In this document: positions 48,388-58,617 of the stretch, in pieces | Position numbering within the stretch: the stretch's first letter is position 1 | How the letters are laid out: every line of letters begins with the position of its first letter | Assembly: GCA_965652295.1 (NCBI GenBank) | Contig: CBFGTS010000010.1 | Coordinates: forward strand, 1-64,000 | Reading direction: 5' to 3' | DNA length: 64,000 nucleotides | From: an uncultured Haloferula sp. | Lineage (GTDB): Bacteria; Verrucomicrobiota; Verrucomicrobiia; Verrucomicrobiales; Akkermansiaceae | Position numbers and translations under genes: made by a program | Notes under the pieces: generated by a model | Seen by the model: only the letters and a program-made list of their open reading frames with translations | Database searches by the model: none | What the model was told of the DNA's origin: nothing

Positions 48388-51300
48388 TCAGCGCTGCTCC
48401 ACCACCAGGCGGAAGAAGGCGCGGCTGCCGGTGGCGCTGGCACGGACCTCCCAGCCGCCGTCCGATGGCAGCAGCGAAGCGTTTGTCGCCGGAGCCCAGC
48501 TGCCGGCCGAAAGATCGGGCGAGGTTTCCATGGCGTAAATGAGATCGTCGCGCAGCGCGGGCAGCTGGATGACCGTGGCAGCCCCGCCATTTTCCGGCGT
48601 GATGTTGAAGAAAGGCGGGTTGGACCCGCCCATGGGCGGCGTACCGAGGGCGTATTCGATGAGGTTCGCCACGCCATCGCCGTCGGCATCGTCCGCCGGG
48701 CCTGCGAGGTCGGGCGGTAGCGAGGCGTTCTCGGCCCAGCCGGCGAAGGATGCCAAGGTCTCGGGGGTGCCGGGCGAGGCGGTCGCGGCCGTCCAGTTGA
48801 TGGCGTCGTTCCCGTAAGCGAAGACGTTGATTCGTTCGAGCGTGGAACCGCTCCCGTCGGCGGCCACCGGCCAGGGTTCAACATCGGAAAAATTCACGCG
48901 ATCCACGCGGACGTATTGGCGGACCAGCAGGTCATCGAGGTCGGAAGGCAGGCCGATCTCCAGGGTTTCGCCGCTGTTGCTGAGGCCGCCGGTAAGCCAC
49001 TGGAACACCTGGGTGCCGTCGGGCGCTCCATAGGCGGAGTTGAACGCGGCGATGCTCCGCGTCAGAATGATCCGTTCACCGGGCTGCATGGTGACGGGAG
49101 TGAGGGAAGGAAAGGTGAACACGACGCCCTGGGTGACGGCCCAGGGCGCGCCGCGGCCGGGGTCGTAGAGCGTCACCGGAGCATCCGAGACATTGAGCAG
49201 TTCGAAGAATTCGGCATCCGCGTTGGCCGCGGGGTGGTACATGATTTCACTGATGACGATCGGTCCGACTTTCGGCAGCGGATTGGCCGCGCCGGGAGTC
49301 GGGGTTCTCATGGCGACGAAGTTGAAGGTGGAGCTACTGGCTTTGAAGTAGCGCCCGAAGCTCACATCGGGTTCGGCGGCGCCAAAATCCTCGGATTCAT
49401 GGTATTCGAGCTCAAGTTCCGTGGCCGGACGGTAGAGATGCACCGTCTCGCCCAGCGCGCTGAGGGCGAAAGGATTGATCGCGCCGGGATCGACGCTGAC
49501 GGAGCCGAAGTGATCCGCCTCGGTGAAAACCCGGTAGCCGCCGGCGGGAATCTCGGTGCCATCGGCGATCCGGTATTTCATGAGGTCGGTCCCACTGTCG
49601 CTCAGATACCAGCCGCCCAGGTCGATCGCTTCACTGCCTTGGTTGTGAAGCTCGATCCAGTCGGCACCGGTCGGCGAGGAGGAGAGAACCTCGTTGATCA
49701 CGATGACGCTCGGCGGCAGGAACGGGTAGTCGAGCGGATCGTAGACGTAGGCCATCCCGATGTCGGTGCGTGAGAGGTCCGGATCGAGGATGTGGAAGGG
49801 ATCGCCCGCGTCGATGGCAGGAGAAAACAGCTGCAGCGAGAAATCGTAGACGCCGGGGCTCACGAAAAGCGGGTCCGCAAGCAGGTTGCCGACGCCGGCG
49901 AGCGGCAGGGTGTCGGACAGCGAGTAGGCGACGGAGAGGGTGGAAAGCGCGTCGACGGTCACCGGTGCCAGCTTGGAGCGGGAGAAAATGCAATTCGTCA
50001 CGATGCCGGTGCCACCGCCCGCGCCGGGATTCTTTTCGTAGGCGGAGACACCGACATCGTTCCGGGCGAAGGTGTTTTGATCGATGGTGGCCGCGGATCC
50101 GGCGTCCTTGATGCCGACGCCGAGGGCGCAGCCTACGATGAGATTCTGGCGCATCACGACCTCGGAACCCTGACCGACGGAGACGCCTTTGTCCGAGTTG
50201 TTGTAGATACGGTTTTTCTCGACGAGGAGATTCACGCAGCCCTCGCCGACGTCGATGCCGTCGCTGTTGTCACCGCGGAAATTGTAGATGCGGTTGTCGC
50301 GGATGATGCCATCGGTCACGCCGTCATAGTCGATGGCATCGGTATCCACCGAGATGTTTCCGGTGAAGGTGCAACGTTCGGTGTGGGCACTGCCGGTTTT
50401 CACGTTGATACCGTCGCCGGTGAAGGTGATGTGGATGCGGCTGTCGAGCAGCGTGGTCGACCCGTGGCGGGCGAAGACCGGCTGCGGACCTTCGATGTCG
50501 ATGTGATCCAGCACGAGATCCGCATGATATCCCGAAATCGCGGCCTTGAGGTGGAGCGGATCGAGGCGGCTCACACTGGCTCCGCGGATGACGGCGTGGC
50601 TGAGGGTGGAAACCGTCGATGTCTCGAAGAAGCCGAGATTGCCCCACCGGGCTCCGTTGCGGGATGTGAAGTGGATCGGGTCGGCCTCGCTGCCAAGCGC
50701 CAGCAAGGTGCCGTGGACGAGCATCGAGGAACCGGCGGTGAAGGCGATGGTGACGCCTGGGTCGATGGTGAGGGTGGCTCCGGTTTCCACGACGAGATCG
50801 CCGTCCACCACATAGGGCGAGTCCGCTGCGGTGAGCTGCATCGCGCTGGTGATGGCGGGTGGCATCACCGTTTCCGTCCCCGCGGTGAAGTGGGCGGTGA
50901 GGGCGAGCGCGCCGGTGAGGTTGAGGGTGCGCACCGCCTCGGTGGAACCATCGCTCCAGGCGCTGAACGTGTAGCCCGGGGCGGCTTCGGCGACGAACTC
51001 GACCGGAGTGCCTTGAAAGAGGTTCACACTCGGGTTGTAGGCCGGCAGCATCGGCACGCCGGCAATGCGGATGCTGCCGCCCGCGGCAGGCGAGGCGGCG
51101 AAGCTGAGAGCAGCCATCGGGCGGCTGATCCCCAGCTCGGTTTGCAGGCGGCTGATGGCGCTGGACGGGCGGTTGGCGACGAATTCCTTGATCTCTTCGA
51201 GTTGGGTCTGGCGGGTGGCGGCGTTGAAGCCGCCCGCCGCATTCCAGCGCGCGATGTGGCGGGCGATTTCCGGCTCCTGCTCGGAGACGAGGGCGTCGAG

Positions 51301-53610
51301 CCGGTCGTCGAACCGTTGGGGGAAAAACGTGCTGCCGAGGTGCGCGGCGTAGCGCTGGATCAGACGGTCAATGAAGTCCGGGTTGTTCGCGAGGCGATCG
51401 AAGAGCGTGTAGTCAGCGAGGAAGTTGTCGATCAGGGAGCCGGAGAGGTTGGCGGTGTCGAAGCCGCGGTCGAAGTCGTTGACGATCCACTGCCACTTCG
51501 AGCCATCGGAGTGGCCGCGCCAGAACTCGCGGTTGTGCGACCAGCTGGTGTTCACCGCGAAGTCGGTGGCGATGACGTAATCGATCAGCGAATCGAGGTT
51601 CACCTGTTCGGCGATTTGGGCGAAAATCGCCGGGTCGCCGGGATCGTTGGTAGTGACGAAGTCCAGCAGGGCCTGGTAGCGATCCGTCGTTCCGGCATCG
51701 GCCGTCAGGCGGGTGATCCCGGCCGAGTCGTGAGCGTACTGGATGAGATCGTATTCTCCTTCGGCGAGGTAGTGTTCCTGGGCGAAGTACGCGGCATCGA
51801 AGCGCTTGCGGATGTTGTAGATGCCCCGGAAGTCGCCGTTGAGATAAAGAATGGAGGGACGGTAGCTGTAGAGACCGGCGTCCATCTGGCCGCGGAGGAT
51901 GGAGGGCATCATCGCATCGCGCAGGAGCGTTTCCTCCCAGTCATCGCCACCGTTGCGGAGGTTGAACTGGCCGATCGCCGCCGAGGGTTCGCCCGGGAAC
52001 AGTTGGTAGGGCACGGCGTCGTCGCCATACTTGCCGCGGCAGTAGATGTTGAAAGGCTTCTGGGCTTTCTGCCAGATGTTCTCGCCGGCGATACGGACTC
52101 CGGCGCTCACGGCGAACGCGGGCGAGCGGTCCTGCTCGAAGAACTCGAGCCTCACCGGAGCCTCGCGGCCTTTGAAGGGATAGGCGGTGTCGTTGCTGTG
52201 GATGCCGATATCATCGCCGAACAGGGTTTCCGGATCGGCCACCAAGGAGAAAACCGGCAGACCGGGAGAGGCATCAGCATTGAGAAACCATGAGCGCGTC
52301 AGGGTGGGACCGGGGATTTTCCCTTCTTCGAAGACGCGGGCGCGGAGGATGGTGGTGGTGGTGAGGGGGAGAGGGGTGGAGTAAACCGTCGACTCCGGCC
52401 GCGGATCGGAGCCGTCGAGCGTGTAGCGGATGGATCCCGCCGGTCCACCGGAGAGGCTGACGGAACCGGCGTCGTCGAGGAAACCGCTGTCGAGGGAAGC
52501 AATGACCTCCGGAGAGGTGGCGAAGGGCTCCGCGAGGGGGACCGGGGTGTTCGCCGATCCCGGGGTGGGCACGCCGAAAAAGACCCAATCGCCGCCGGCA
52601 TCGCGCCCTTGGGAGATGTCGGTGGTCTGGGGGCCGAAGGTGACGGCGTCGACTTGCACCGGGGGGCTGGTCAGGACGGCGGCGATGAGTTCCGCGTCGA
52701 AACTCAGGTCGCTGCTGGAACCGGATTCCTGATGTAACTCGATGGCCAGCACGTTGTCGCCGGGAAGCAGGGACGCGCTGCCAATGTCGATGCTTTCATA
52801 AACGTTTTCGGCCGGCGCGAGCTGATTGGAATAGTCGTTGTGGGCCACGGGCCCTTCAGGCAGCCGGAGGCGGGCGACCTCAACGCCGTTCAGAAAAACG
52901 AGTGCGCTGTCATCGGCCATCAGGTTGAGGCGGAGGTGGCTCACAAGCGAGGGATCGGCGATGGTGAAATGCCGGCGGAAACGGGCCGAGGCGTGTTTGG
53001 TGCTACTATTTCCCCCGTAGCTGATCGTCGTCTGGATCCAGCTGTCGTTGTAGCCCAGAGGAGCGTTTCCCGAGGCCCACGGGGTATCGTCGTAGGTATG
53101 GGTCATCCACGCCGCACCGGGATCGGTGCCGGTGTCGTCGTACTTCCAGGCGGCCTCGCGGGCGATCAGGGTTTCATCAGCCGGAGGCGTCTCCACGCGG
53201 AAAAGGGCGACGTCCTCGCCGTTCGCGCTGAGGGAGAAGGAAGCATGGTGGCGGCGGGTGACGAACGTGCTACCCCAGGGATAGTAGCCGCGGACGTGGA
53301 TTTCACCGGGGCCGGCGTTGAAGCCATCCGCCCGGACGACGAGATGGCCATGGGGCGGGATGCTCGCGCCGGCGGGAAACGCCCATTTCGTCGGAGCGCT
53401 GAGATCGTCGGAAAGATAGTAGCCGTCCAGGCTCGCGGTGCTGTCGCCGGCATTGTGGAGCTCGATCCAGTCCGAGTAGTCGTCAAAGTCGGCGTTGTCC
53501 GGAAACACCGTGTTGTTCGACGCCATGAACTCCGAAATCTGAACTTGTCCGACGAGTGAGGTCGAAAGGAGGACCGAGAGGAATCCTGGATGAAGAGCAG
53601 CGCGTCGCAT
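48388..53610 (-). CDS. Secreted lamin-tail / FN3-associated / CotH kinase / right-handed beta-helix protein with FxRL tail
   Basis: ISEFMASN..DWIELHN (LTD); IRYTLDGSDP; LRNGGDDW, YLNGDFRGIY, KWQWIVNDFDRGF (CotH); DAIDYD/DGIDVGE/DKGVSVG beta-helix; two further LTDs; ends RAFFRLVVEQR. Confidence 0.85.
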   Translation of the reverse strand: MRRAALHPGFLSVLLSTSLVGQVQISEFMASNNTVFPDNADFDDYSDWIELHNAGDSTASLDGYYLSDDLSAPTKWAFPAGASIPPHGHLVVRADGFNAGPGEIHVRGYYPWGSTFVTRRHHASFSLSANGEDVALFRVETPPADETLIAREAAWKYDDTGTDPGAAWMTHTYDDTPWASGNAPLGYNDSWIQTTISYGGNSSTKHASARFRRHFTIADPSLVSHLRLNLMADDSALVFLNGVEVARLRLPEGPVAHNDYSNQLAPAENVYESIDIGSASLLPGDNVLAIELHQESGSSSDLSFDAELIAAVLTSPPVQVDAVTFGPQTTDISQGRDAGGDWVFFGVPTPGSANTPVPLAEPFATSPEVIASLDSGFLDDAGSVSLSGGPAGSIRYTLDGSDPRPESTVYSTPLPLTTTTILRARVFEEGKIPGPTLTRSWFLNADASPGLPVFSLVADPETLFGDDIGIHSNDTAYPFKGREAPVRLEFFEQDRSPAFAVSAGVRIAGENIWQKAQKPFNIYCRGKYGDDAVPYQLFPGEPSAAIGQFNLRNGGDDWEETLLRDAMMPSILRGQMDAGLYSYRPSILYLNGDFRGIYNIRKRFDAAYFAQEHYLAEGEYDLIQYAHDSAGITRLTADAGTTDRYQALLDFVTTNDPGDPAIFAQIAEQVNLDSLIDYVIATDFAVNTSWSHNREFWRGHSDGSKWQWIVNDFDRGFDTANLSGSLIDNFLADYTLFDRLANNPDFIDRLIQRYAAHLGSTFFPQRFDDRLDALVSEQEPEIARHIARWNAAGGFNAATRQTQLEEIKEFVANRPSSAISRLQTELGISRPMAALSFAASPAAGGSIRIAGVPMLPAYNPSVNLFQGTPVEFVAEAAPGYTFSAWSDGSTEAVRTLNLTGALALTAHFTAGTETVMPPAITSAMQLTAADSPYVVDGDLVVETGATLTIDPGVTIAFTAGSSMLVHGTLLALGSEADPIHFTSRNGARWGNLGFFETSTVSTLSHAVIRGASVSRLDPLHLKAAISGYHADLVLDHIDIEGPQPVFARHGSTTLLDSRIHITFTGDGINVKTGSAHTERCTFTGNISVDTDAIDYDGVTDGIIRDNRIYNFRGDNSDGIDVGEGCVNLLVEKNRIYNNSDKGVSVGQGSEVVMRQNLIVGCALGVGIKDAGSAATIDQNTFARNDVGVSAYEKNPGAGGGTGIVTNCIFSRSKLAPVTVDALSTLSVAYSLSDTLPLAGVGNLLADPLFVSPGVYDFSLQLFSPAIDAGDPFHILDPDLSRTDIGMAYVYDPLDYPFLPPSVIVINEVLSSSPTGADWIELHNQGSEAIDLGGWYLSDSGTDLMKYRIADGTEIPAGGYRVFTEADHFGSVSVDPGAINPFALSALGETVHLYRPATELELEYHESEDFGAAEPDVSFGRYFKASSSTFNFVAMRTPTPGAANPLPKVGPIVISEIMYHPAANADAEFFELLNVSDAPVTLYDPGRGAPWAVTQGVVFTFPSLTPVTMQPGERIILTRSIAAFNSAYGAPDGTQVFQWLTGGLSNSGETLEIGLPSDLDDLLVRQYVRVDRVNFSDVEPWPVAADGSGSTLERINVFAYGNDAINWTAATASPGTPETLASFAGWAENASLPPDLAGPADDADGDGVANLIEYALGTPPMGGSNPPFFNITPENGGAATVIQLPALRDDLIYAMETSPDLSAGSWAPATNASLLPSDGGWEVRASATGSRAFFRLVVEQR

Positions 53611-53780
53611 GGGTGAGTTCGCCTCCTTAAGTTCCTGACAATGAGTTTCCTAGAAAAATATCGCGTAAGGCAATTGCTGAGATCGCGACTCAAAAATGGA
53701 AGACAGGGATGAGGCTTGGTGCCCGGTTTCCGGCAGATTTTGCTGAGACGGGACGGGCTCTGCCGGGGCTCGCTTGGAGC

Positions 53781-54830
53781 ATGACGACCCGGGACACATC
53801 CGTTTCGACCGACGCCGCGCTGCTGGGCTGCCTTCAGGAGTCCATCCCTTTTGTCCGGCAGCCCTTTGACGAGATCGGGAAACGCTGCGGACTTTCGGAA
53901 AACGAAGTTCTCGAGCGGATCTGTGCCCTGAAAGCGGAGAAGGTCATCCGCCAGGTGAGCGCGATCTTTGACACCCGCAGCCTTGGCTATGCCTCAAGCC
54001 TGGTCGCGGCGCGGGTGGCTCCGGAGCGGCTGGGCCGTGCGGTGGAGGCGATCAACTCGCACCCCGGCGTGAGCCACAACTATCTGAGGAATCACGATTT
54101 CAACCTCTGGTACACCATTGCCGTGCCACCGGTGAGCCGGTTGGGCTTGGAGGGCACGGTGAAGCGGCTTCACGAGCTGTCCGGGGCGGAATCGACCCGC
54201 CTGCTGCCGACCTTGAAGCTGTTCAAGATCGGAGTGCGTTTCGATACCGAAGGCTCGTCCCGCCCGACGGACCAGGAAAAGCCCGTCTATACCGAGGCCA
54301 GTCGCAGCGAGCTGAAACCGCTGACGCCGCAGGAAATCGAGTTCGTGCGCCTGATGCAGCGGGACCTCGATCTGACGCCGGAGCCATTCGTGGCGGTGGC
54401 ACAGGAACTCGGACTGTCTTTCGATGCGGCGGCGGCGATGCACGGCCGTTTCCTGGCGAGTGGGCGGATGCGGCGTTTCGCGGCGGTGCTGCATCACCGG
54501 CGGGCGGGCTTCGGTGCGAATGCGATGGGTGTGTGGGCCGGTCCGCACGACGACCCGCGGGCGCTGGAGGAGCTGGGGCGGGCCATGGCGGGATTCCGTG
54601 CCGTGAGCCATTGCTACCAGCGGCCGAGTTATCCCGATTGGCCCTACAATCTTTTCACCATGGTTCACGGCAAGACGCCGGAGGAGTGCGAGGAGACGCT
54701 GGCTGCGATCGCCGCGGCGACCGGTATCGACCAGAGGCTCGCCCTCTACTCCACCAAGGAGTTCAAGAAAGTGCGGGTGAAGTATTTCACCGACGACGAA
54801 GTGCGGTGGGAAGAGGCGGAACCTGCCTGA
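53781..54830 (+). CDS. Fused siroheme decarboxylase AhbA-AhbB / NirDL-type (Lrp/AsnC fold)
   Basis: Two tandem HTH+AsnC halves with HPGVSHNYLRNHDFNLWYT and VSHCYQRPSYPDWPYNLFTMVHG; STKEFKK. Confidence 0.85.
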   Translation: MTTRDTSVSTDAALLGCLQESIPFVRQPFDEIGKRCGLSENEVLERICALKAEKVIRQVSAIFDTRSLGYASSLVAARVAPERLGRAVEAINSHPGVSHNYLRNHDFNLWYTIAVPPVSRLGLEGTVKRLHELSGAESTRLLPTLKLFKIGVRFDTEGSSRPTDQEKPVYTEASRSELKPLTPQEIEFVRLMQRDLDLTPEPFVAVAQELGLSFDAAAAMHGRFLASGRMRRFAAVLHHRRAGFGANAMGVWAGPHDDPRALEELGRAMAGFRAVSHCYQRPSYPDWPYNLFTMVHGKTPEECEETLAAIAAATGIDQRLALYSTKEFKKVRVKYFTDDEVRWEEAEPA

Positions 54831-54922
54831 GCCGTAGGAGGGCGGAGAAAGACCTAAGAAACCTGTCGTGCCGGGGGTTGGGAGAGCGGAACTTTTCACC
54901 AACCCTCCCTGAACATCCGCCC

Positions 54923-56116
54923 ATGAGTCTGCACGCCGAGATCACCGATGAAGCCCGCCGCCGGCTTCACTCCCAACGCCGCAATTCGTCGATCGCCTCG
55001 ATGGTGATCGCCTTCCTGGTGTTGGTCCTGATCGGTCTGCTGCTCGGCTTCATTTTCATCAGCCCGCTGCTCAGGGAGATTCCGGTGCTTGTCACTTTCA
55101 CGCCGCCTGCGGAGCAGGAACAGCCGATGGAGCAGAAAAAAATGACCCGCAAGGTGCAGACGAAGCCGACCTCGCCGTCCTCGGCTTCGATGGCCAAAGT
55201 CATCGCCGCCAACGTGGCCGCGCCCACCTCGGTGCCGGTGCCCGAGATGGACGTCACGGACCCCGCGGTCGATTTCGGCGCGAGTAACGGTCTGGGCGAC
55301 GACTGGGGCAGTGGCGGATTCACCGATGGCGGCGGCGCGGGCGGCGGCGGAATGTTCGGTTCGCCTACCGGGCCGGGCTTGAAGGGCAGTTTCTACGATC
55401 TGAAGCAGGATCCGTCGGGCGAGCCCACGGAAATGGGGCTGCAGGCTTTCGAGGCCGGGGGGAAATTCGAAGTCGGTGCTCCCGTGAACCGTCGCTATGA
55501 CGAGGTGCTGGCCCGTGCGGTGCGGCAGAACCTCGATGACGGCGCGCTTTCCAAATACTTCAAGGCGCCCCGCGAACTCCGGCTCACCCAGCTTTACATT
55601 CCGAATCTGAGCGCCGAGGAGGCTCCGAAGTCGTTCGAGATCGGCGACCGGGTTAAGGGCCGGCGCTGGGGCATCATCTACCGCGGCAAGGTGACCGTAC
55701 CGGAGGACGGCCGCTACCGGTTTGTCGGCTTCGCCGACGACATTCTTGTGGTCCTGGTGAACAAGCGGGAGGTGCTCGATGGCAGCCTGGCGAAGTTCCT
55801 CGATGACGCCGACGAGCGCGACAGCTTTCAACAGGAGAACACCATCAACGGTTGGAAGACCTATCAGGGCCGTTGGTTGAACCTCGATGCCGGGGAGCAA
55901 CTGGATCTCGCCGTCCTGATTGGCGAACGACCTGGGGGGCATTTCCTAGGCTTCCTGCAGATCGAGAAAGACGGTGTGGAATACGCGAAGGACTCGCTGG
56001 GGGCGGCCAAGCTGCCGCTTTTCAAAATGGCCCCCGGTCCGGCACCCAGCATCGGCCGCGGGGTTCCGCCGCTCGCTCCCGACACTGCTTGGTCGATCTG
56101 GCCTTCTTCGTCCTGA
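54923..56116 (+). CDS. Single-pass membrane protein with Pro/Gly linker and PA14-like C-terminal domain
   Basis: Start MSLHAEIT; one TM; GLKGSFYDLKQ, GRYRFVGFADD.LVV, IGERPGG. Confidence 0.7.
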   Translation: MSLHAEITDEARRRLHSQRRNSSIASMVIAFLVLVLIGLLLGFIFISPLLREIPVLVTFTPPAEQEQPMEQKKMTRKVQTKPTSPSSASMAKVIAANVAAPTSVPVPEMDVTDPAVDFGASNGLGDDWGSGGFTDGGGAGGGGMFGSPTGPGLKGSFYDLKQDPSGEPTEMGLQAFEAGGKFEVGAPVNRRYDEVLARAVRQNLDDGALSKYFKAPRELRLTQLYIPNLSAEEAPKSFEIGDRVKGRRWGIIYRGKVTVPEDGRYRFVGFADDILVVLVNKREVLDGSLAKFLDDADERDSFQQENTINGWKTYQGRWLNLDAGEQLDLAVLIGERPGGHFLGFLQIEKDGVEYAKDSLGAAKLPLFKMAPGPAPSIGRGVPPLAPDTAWSIWPSSS

Positions 56117-56161
56117 GGTAGCCAAGCGCGAAGCTCGAAGAGCGTTACGAGGGAATCGGGA

Positions 56162-57742
56162 TCAGTCGCCGAAGGGAGGTTCGCAGACGAGGGTGCGATA
56201 GTCGGCGGCGTCGCGGGTGGTGAGGACGGGCGAGTCCTCGGCCGGTGTGGTGCGGAGGTGGTGGAAACGGGCGTCCCGGACGTCCTGAAGATGGAGGGGT
56301 GGGCGGAGGTCGGGCTTTTCCGTGACGACGGAGACGTGGTCGAAGGTGATGCCGCGGACGTGCCTCAGCAGGAAGCCGTGGCAGTTGGTGATGCCGAACA
56401 TCGATGGCTCCGGGTAGGCCTCATCGACGTCCGGCAGCTCGCGCTCCGCGTGGTCGCGGGTCCCGCCGCCCTCGGTATGGATGTGGATGTGGCTGAGCGT
56501 GACATCCTCCACCGGCTGGCTGGCCATGCCGGCGATGATCGAGGCGTAGTCGGCGTCCGCGTTGTAAACGTTGACGTGGCTGATGCGGACGCGGCGCAGG
56601 GCACCGGGCTTGGTGCCCTGCGGCGCGCGGAGGCGGGCACCGAGGCGGAGGAAAATCGGGGCGTTGACGATGTCGCGCATGGTCACGTTGGAAATGGTGA
56701 CGTCCTCGAGGAAGCCGCCGTCGACGGTCTCCAGCGCGATCCCGCGGCAGCGTTCCATGGTGATGTTGTGGATCGCGATGTTGCGGAAACCGCCGTTCGA
56801 CTCGGTGCCGAACTTGATCCGCCCGCAGACGCCCTCGCGGTCCGGCGCCTCGGTCTGGGTGCGGCCGTAGGTGCCGTCGAGCAGGGTGCCGAGGTCGAAA
56901 CCGCTGACCTGGCAGTTGGTGATCGTGACGTTTTCCGTGACACGGTTCTCGCCGAGGGCGAAGGAGCTTTTCAGGCAGATCGCGTCGTCGTTGGGAGAAT
57001 TGATGAGGCAGTTCGAGACGCGGACGTTGCGGCAGCAGTCGATGTCGAAGCCGTCGCGGTTGGTATCGACCTTGAGGTTGTCCAGCGTCAGGCCATCGAT
57101 CCCGGTCGCCAGCAGCGCGAAGTGGCCGGCGCGAAAGATCGTGAGATCGCGGATCGTCACATTCCGGCATTCCTTCAGCGCGATCGCCTTGGTGCCGAGC
57201 CCGTCCATGCTTTCGTTGCCGTCCTCGCCGCCGGGATTGACGGCGATCTTCGCGCCTTCCTCATCATCGAGGGAGAGCGGGAAATCTCCTTCCTTGGTCG
57301 GCCGCCGTGGCCCCGGGCTTTTGCGTGAGAGACCTTTGCCGTCGATTTTCCCTGGTCCGGAAATCGTCACGTTTTCCAAGCCGATCCCCCACATCAGGCT
57401 GTTCTGCCAATGGCTGTGGCCGAAATCCTGGTACATGTCCCACGGGTTCGGCTCCGGCAGGTCGTAGCGGCCTTGACCATCGGCCGGATCGGCGGCGAGG
57501 AGGATGGAGCCGGCGTCGAAGGCGAGGTGGATGTTGCTCTTCAGGTGGATGGAAAAGCTCAGGTAGGTCCCGGCGGGAAAACGCACCGTGCCGCCGCCCG
57601 CCTCGGCCGCGGTGGCGATGGTGCGGTTGATCGCATCGGTATCGAGCGTGGTGCCATCGCCCTTGGCTCCGAAGTCACGGATGTTGAAATCGGCGGCGAG
57701 CAGCGGGGAAAGGAAGCTGAGGAGCAGTGCGGGCAGTCTCAT
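56162..57742 (-). CDS. Glycoside hydrolase family 28 (pectin/rhamnogalacturonan-active)
   Basis: FNIRDFGAKGDG, FPAGTYLS, NRDGFDID, DDAICLKS, RIKFGTES. Confidence 0.9.
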   Translation of the reverse strand: MRLPALLLSFLSPLLAADFNIRDFGAKGDGTTLDTDAINRTIATAAEAGGGTVRFPAGTYLSFSIHLKSNIHLAFDAGSILLAADPADGQGRYDLPEPNPWDMYQDFGHSHWQNSLMWGIGLENVTISGPGKIDGKGLSRKSPGPRRPTKEGDFPLSLDDEEGAKIAVNPGGEDGNESMDGLGTKAIALKECRNVTIRDLTIFRAGHFALLATGIDGLTLDNLKVDTNRDGFDIDCCRNVRVSNCLINSPNDDAICLKSSFALGENRVTENVTITNCQVSGFDLGTLLDGTYGRTQTEAPDREGVCGRIKFGTESNGGFRNIAIHNITMERCRGIALETVDGGFLEDVTISNVTMRDIVNAPIFLRLGARLRAPQGTKPGALRRVRISHVNVYNADADYASIIAGMASQPVEDVTLSHIHIHTEGGGTRDHAERELPDVDEAYPEPSMFGITNCHGFLLRHVRGITFDHVSVVTEKPDLRPPLHLQDVRDARFHHLRTTPAEDSPVLTTRDAADYRTLVCEPPFGD

Positions 57743-57811
57743 GGGTCTCGACCGCAGCCTACGCGTTCCGTCTCCCGGCTGCCAACCGCCCCGATCGGAG
57801 GATGGCCGGGC

Positions 57812-58378
57812 TCAGGCATTCTGGGCGGCGTGCTTCCCTTCGGCGAATTCTTCGATGGCCATCGCGCAAAAAGCGTCGAGGTCATCCGGCTTGCGGCTGG
57901 TCACGAGACCTTCGTCCACGTGGACCTCCTCGTCCACCCAGCGGCCACCGGCGTTTTCGATGTCGGTCTTCAGGCTCGGCCATGAGGTCAGGGTGCGGCC
58001 GTTGACGACGCCGGCCTCGACCAGCGTCCACGGCCCGTGGCAGATGGCGGCGACGGGCTTGTGCTGCTCGAAGAACGAGCGGACGAAGGCCACCGCGTCC
58101 TCATTCACGCGCAAGGCGTCGGGATTGTGAACGCCGCCGGGGAGCAGGAGGCCATCGAACTCGTCCGCTGTCACCGAGGAAACGGTGTGATCGACCTTGA
58201 AGCGATCGGCCTTGTCGGCGTGGTTGAAGCCCTGGATTTCGCCGGTTTTCAGCGAGATGATCTCGACGGTGGCCCCGGCTTTTTCAAGTGCGGCACGAGG
58301 ACGGGTGAGTTCGACTTGTTCGAAGCCATCGGTGGCGAGGATGGCGATGGTTTTCTGACTGAGGTCGTGGTGTTTCAT
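57812..58378 (-). CDS. pfpI: PfpI/DJ-1 family intracellular protease/deglycase
   Basis: ATDGFEQVEL, LLLPGG..NPD.LR, AAICHGPW, VTSRKPDDL. Confidence 0.93.
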   Translation of the reverse strand: MKHHDLSQKTIAILATDGFEQVELTRPRAALEKAGATVEIISLKTGEIQGFNHADKADRFKVDHTVSSVTADEFDGLLLPGGVHNPDALRVNEDAVAFVRSFFEQHKPVAAICHGPWTLVEAGVVNGRTLTSWPSLKTDIENAGGRWVDEEVHVDEGLVTSRKPDDLDAFCAMAIEEFAEGKHAAQNA

Positions 58379-58617
58379 GGTCCGGCGGAACAAGCCCGCG
58401 GCGTGCCCGACGGGCTTCCCACAACCGGCGGCCCCTGATGGCGGGGCGGGGATGCGTGCTGCACGGAAGCGGTTGCGGAATGAAAAGTCCTGAGGGTGGA
58501 TTTGGGTCGTCCTACATGACGGGTCTCGTTCCCGAACGCCGGCGGAATCGTGCCCTGCCCCGGCCGCAACTCCTCTTGTTGCGTTCTCATTTTGAGACGC
58601 TAGGGTCCCTCAAACCC

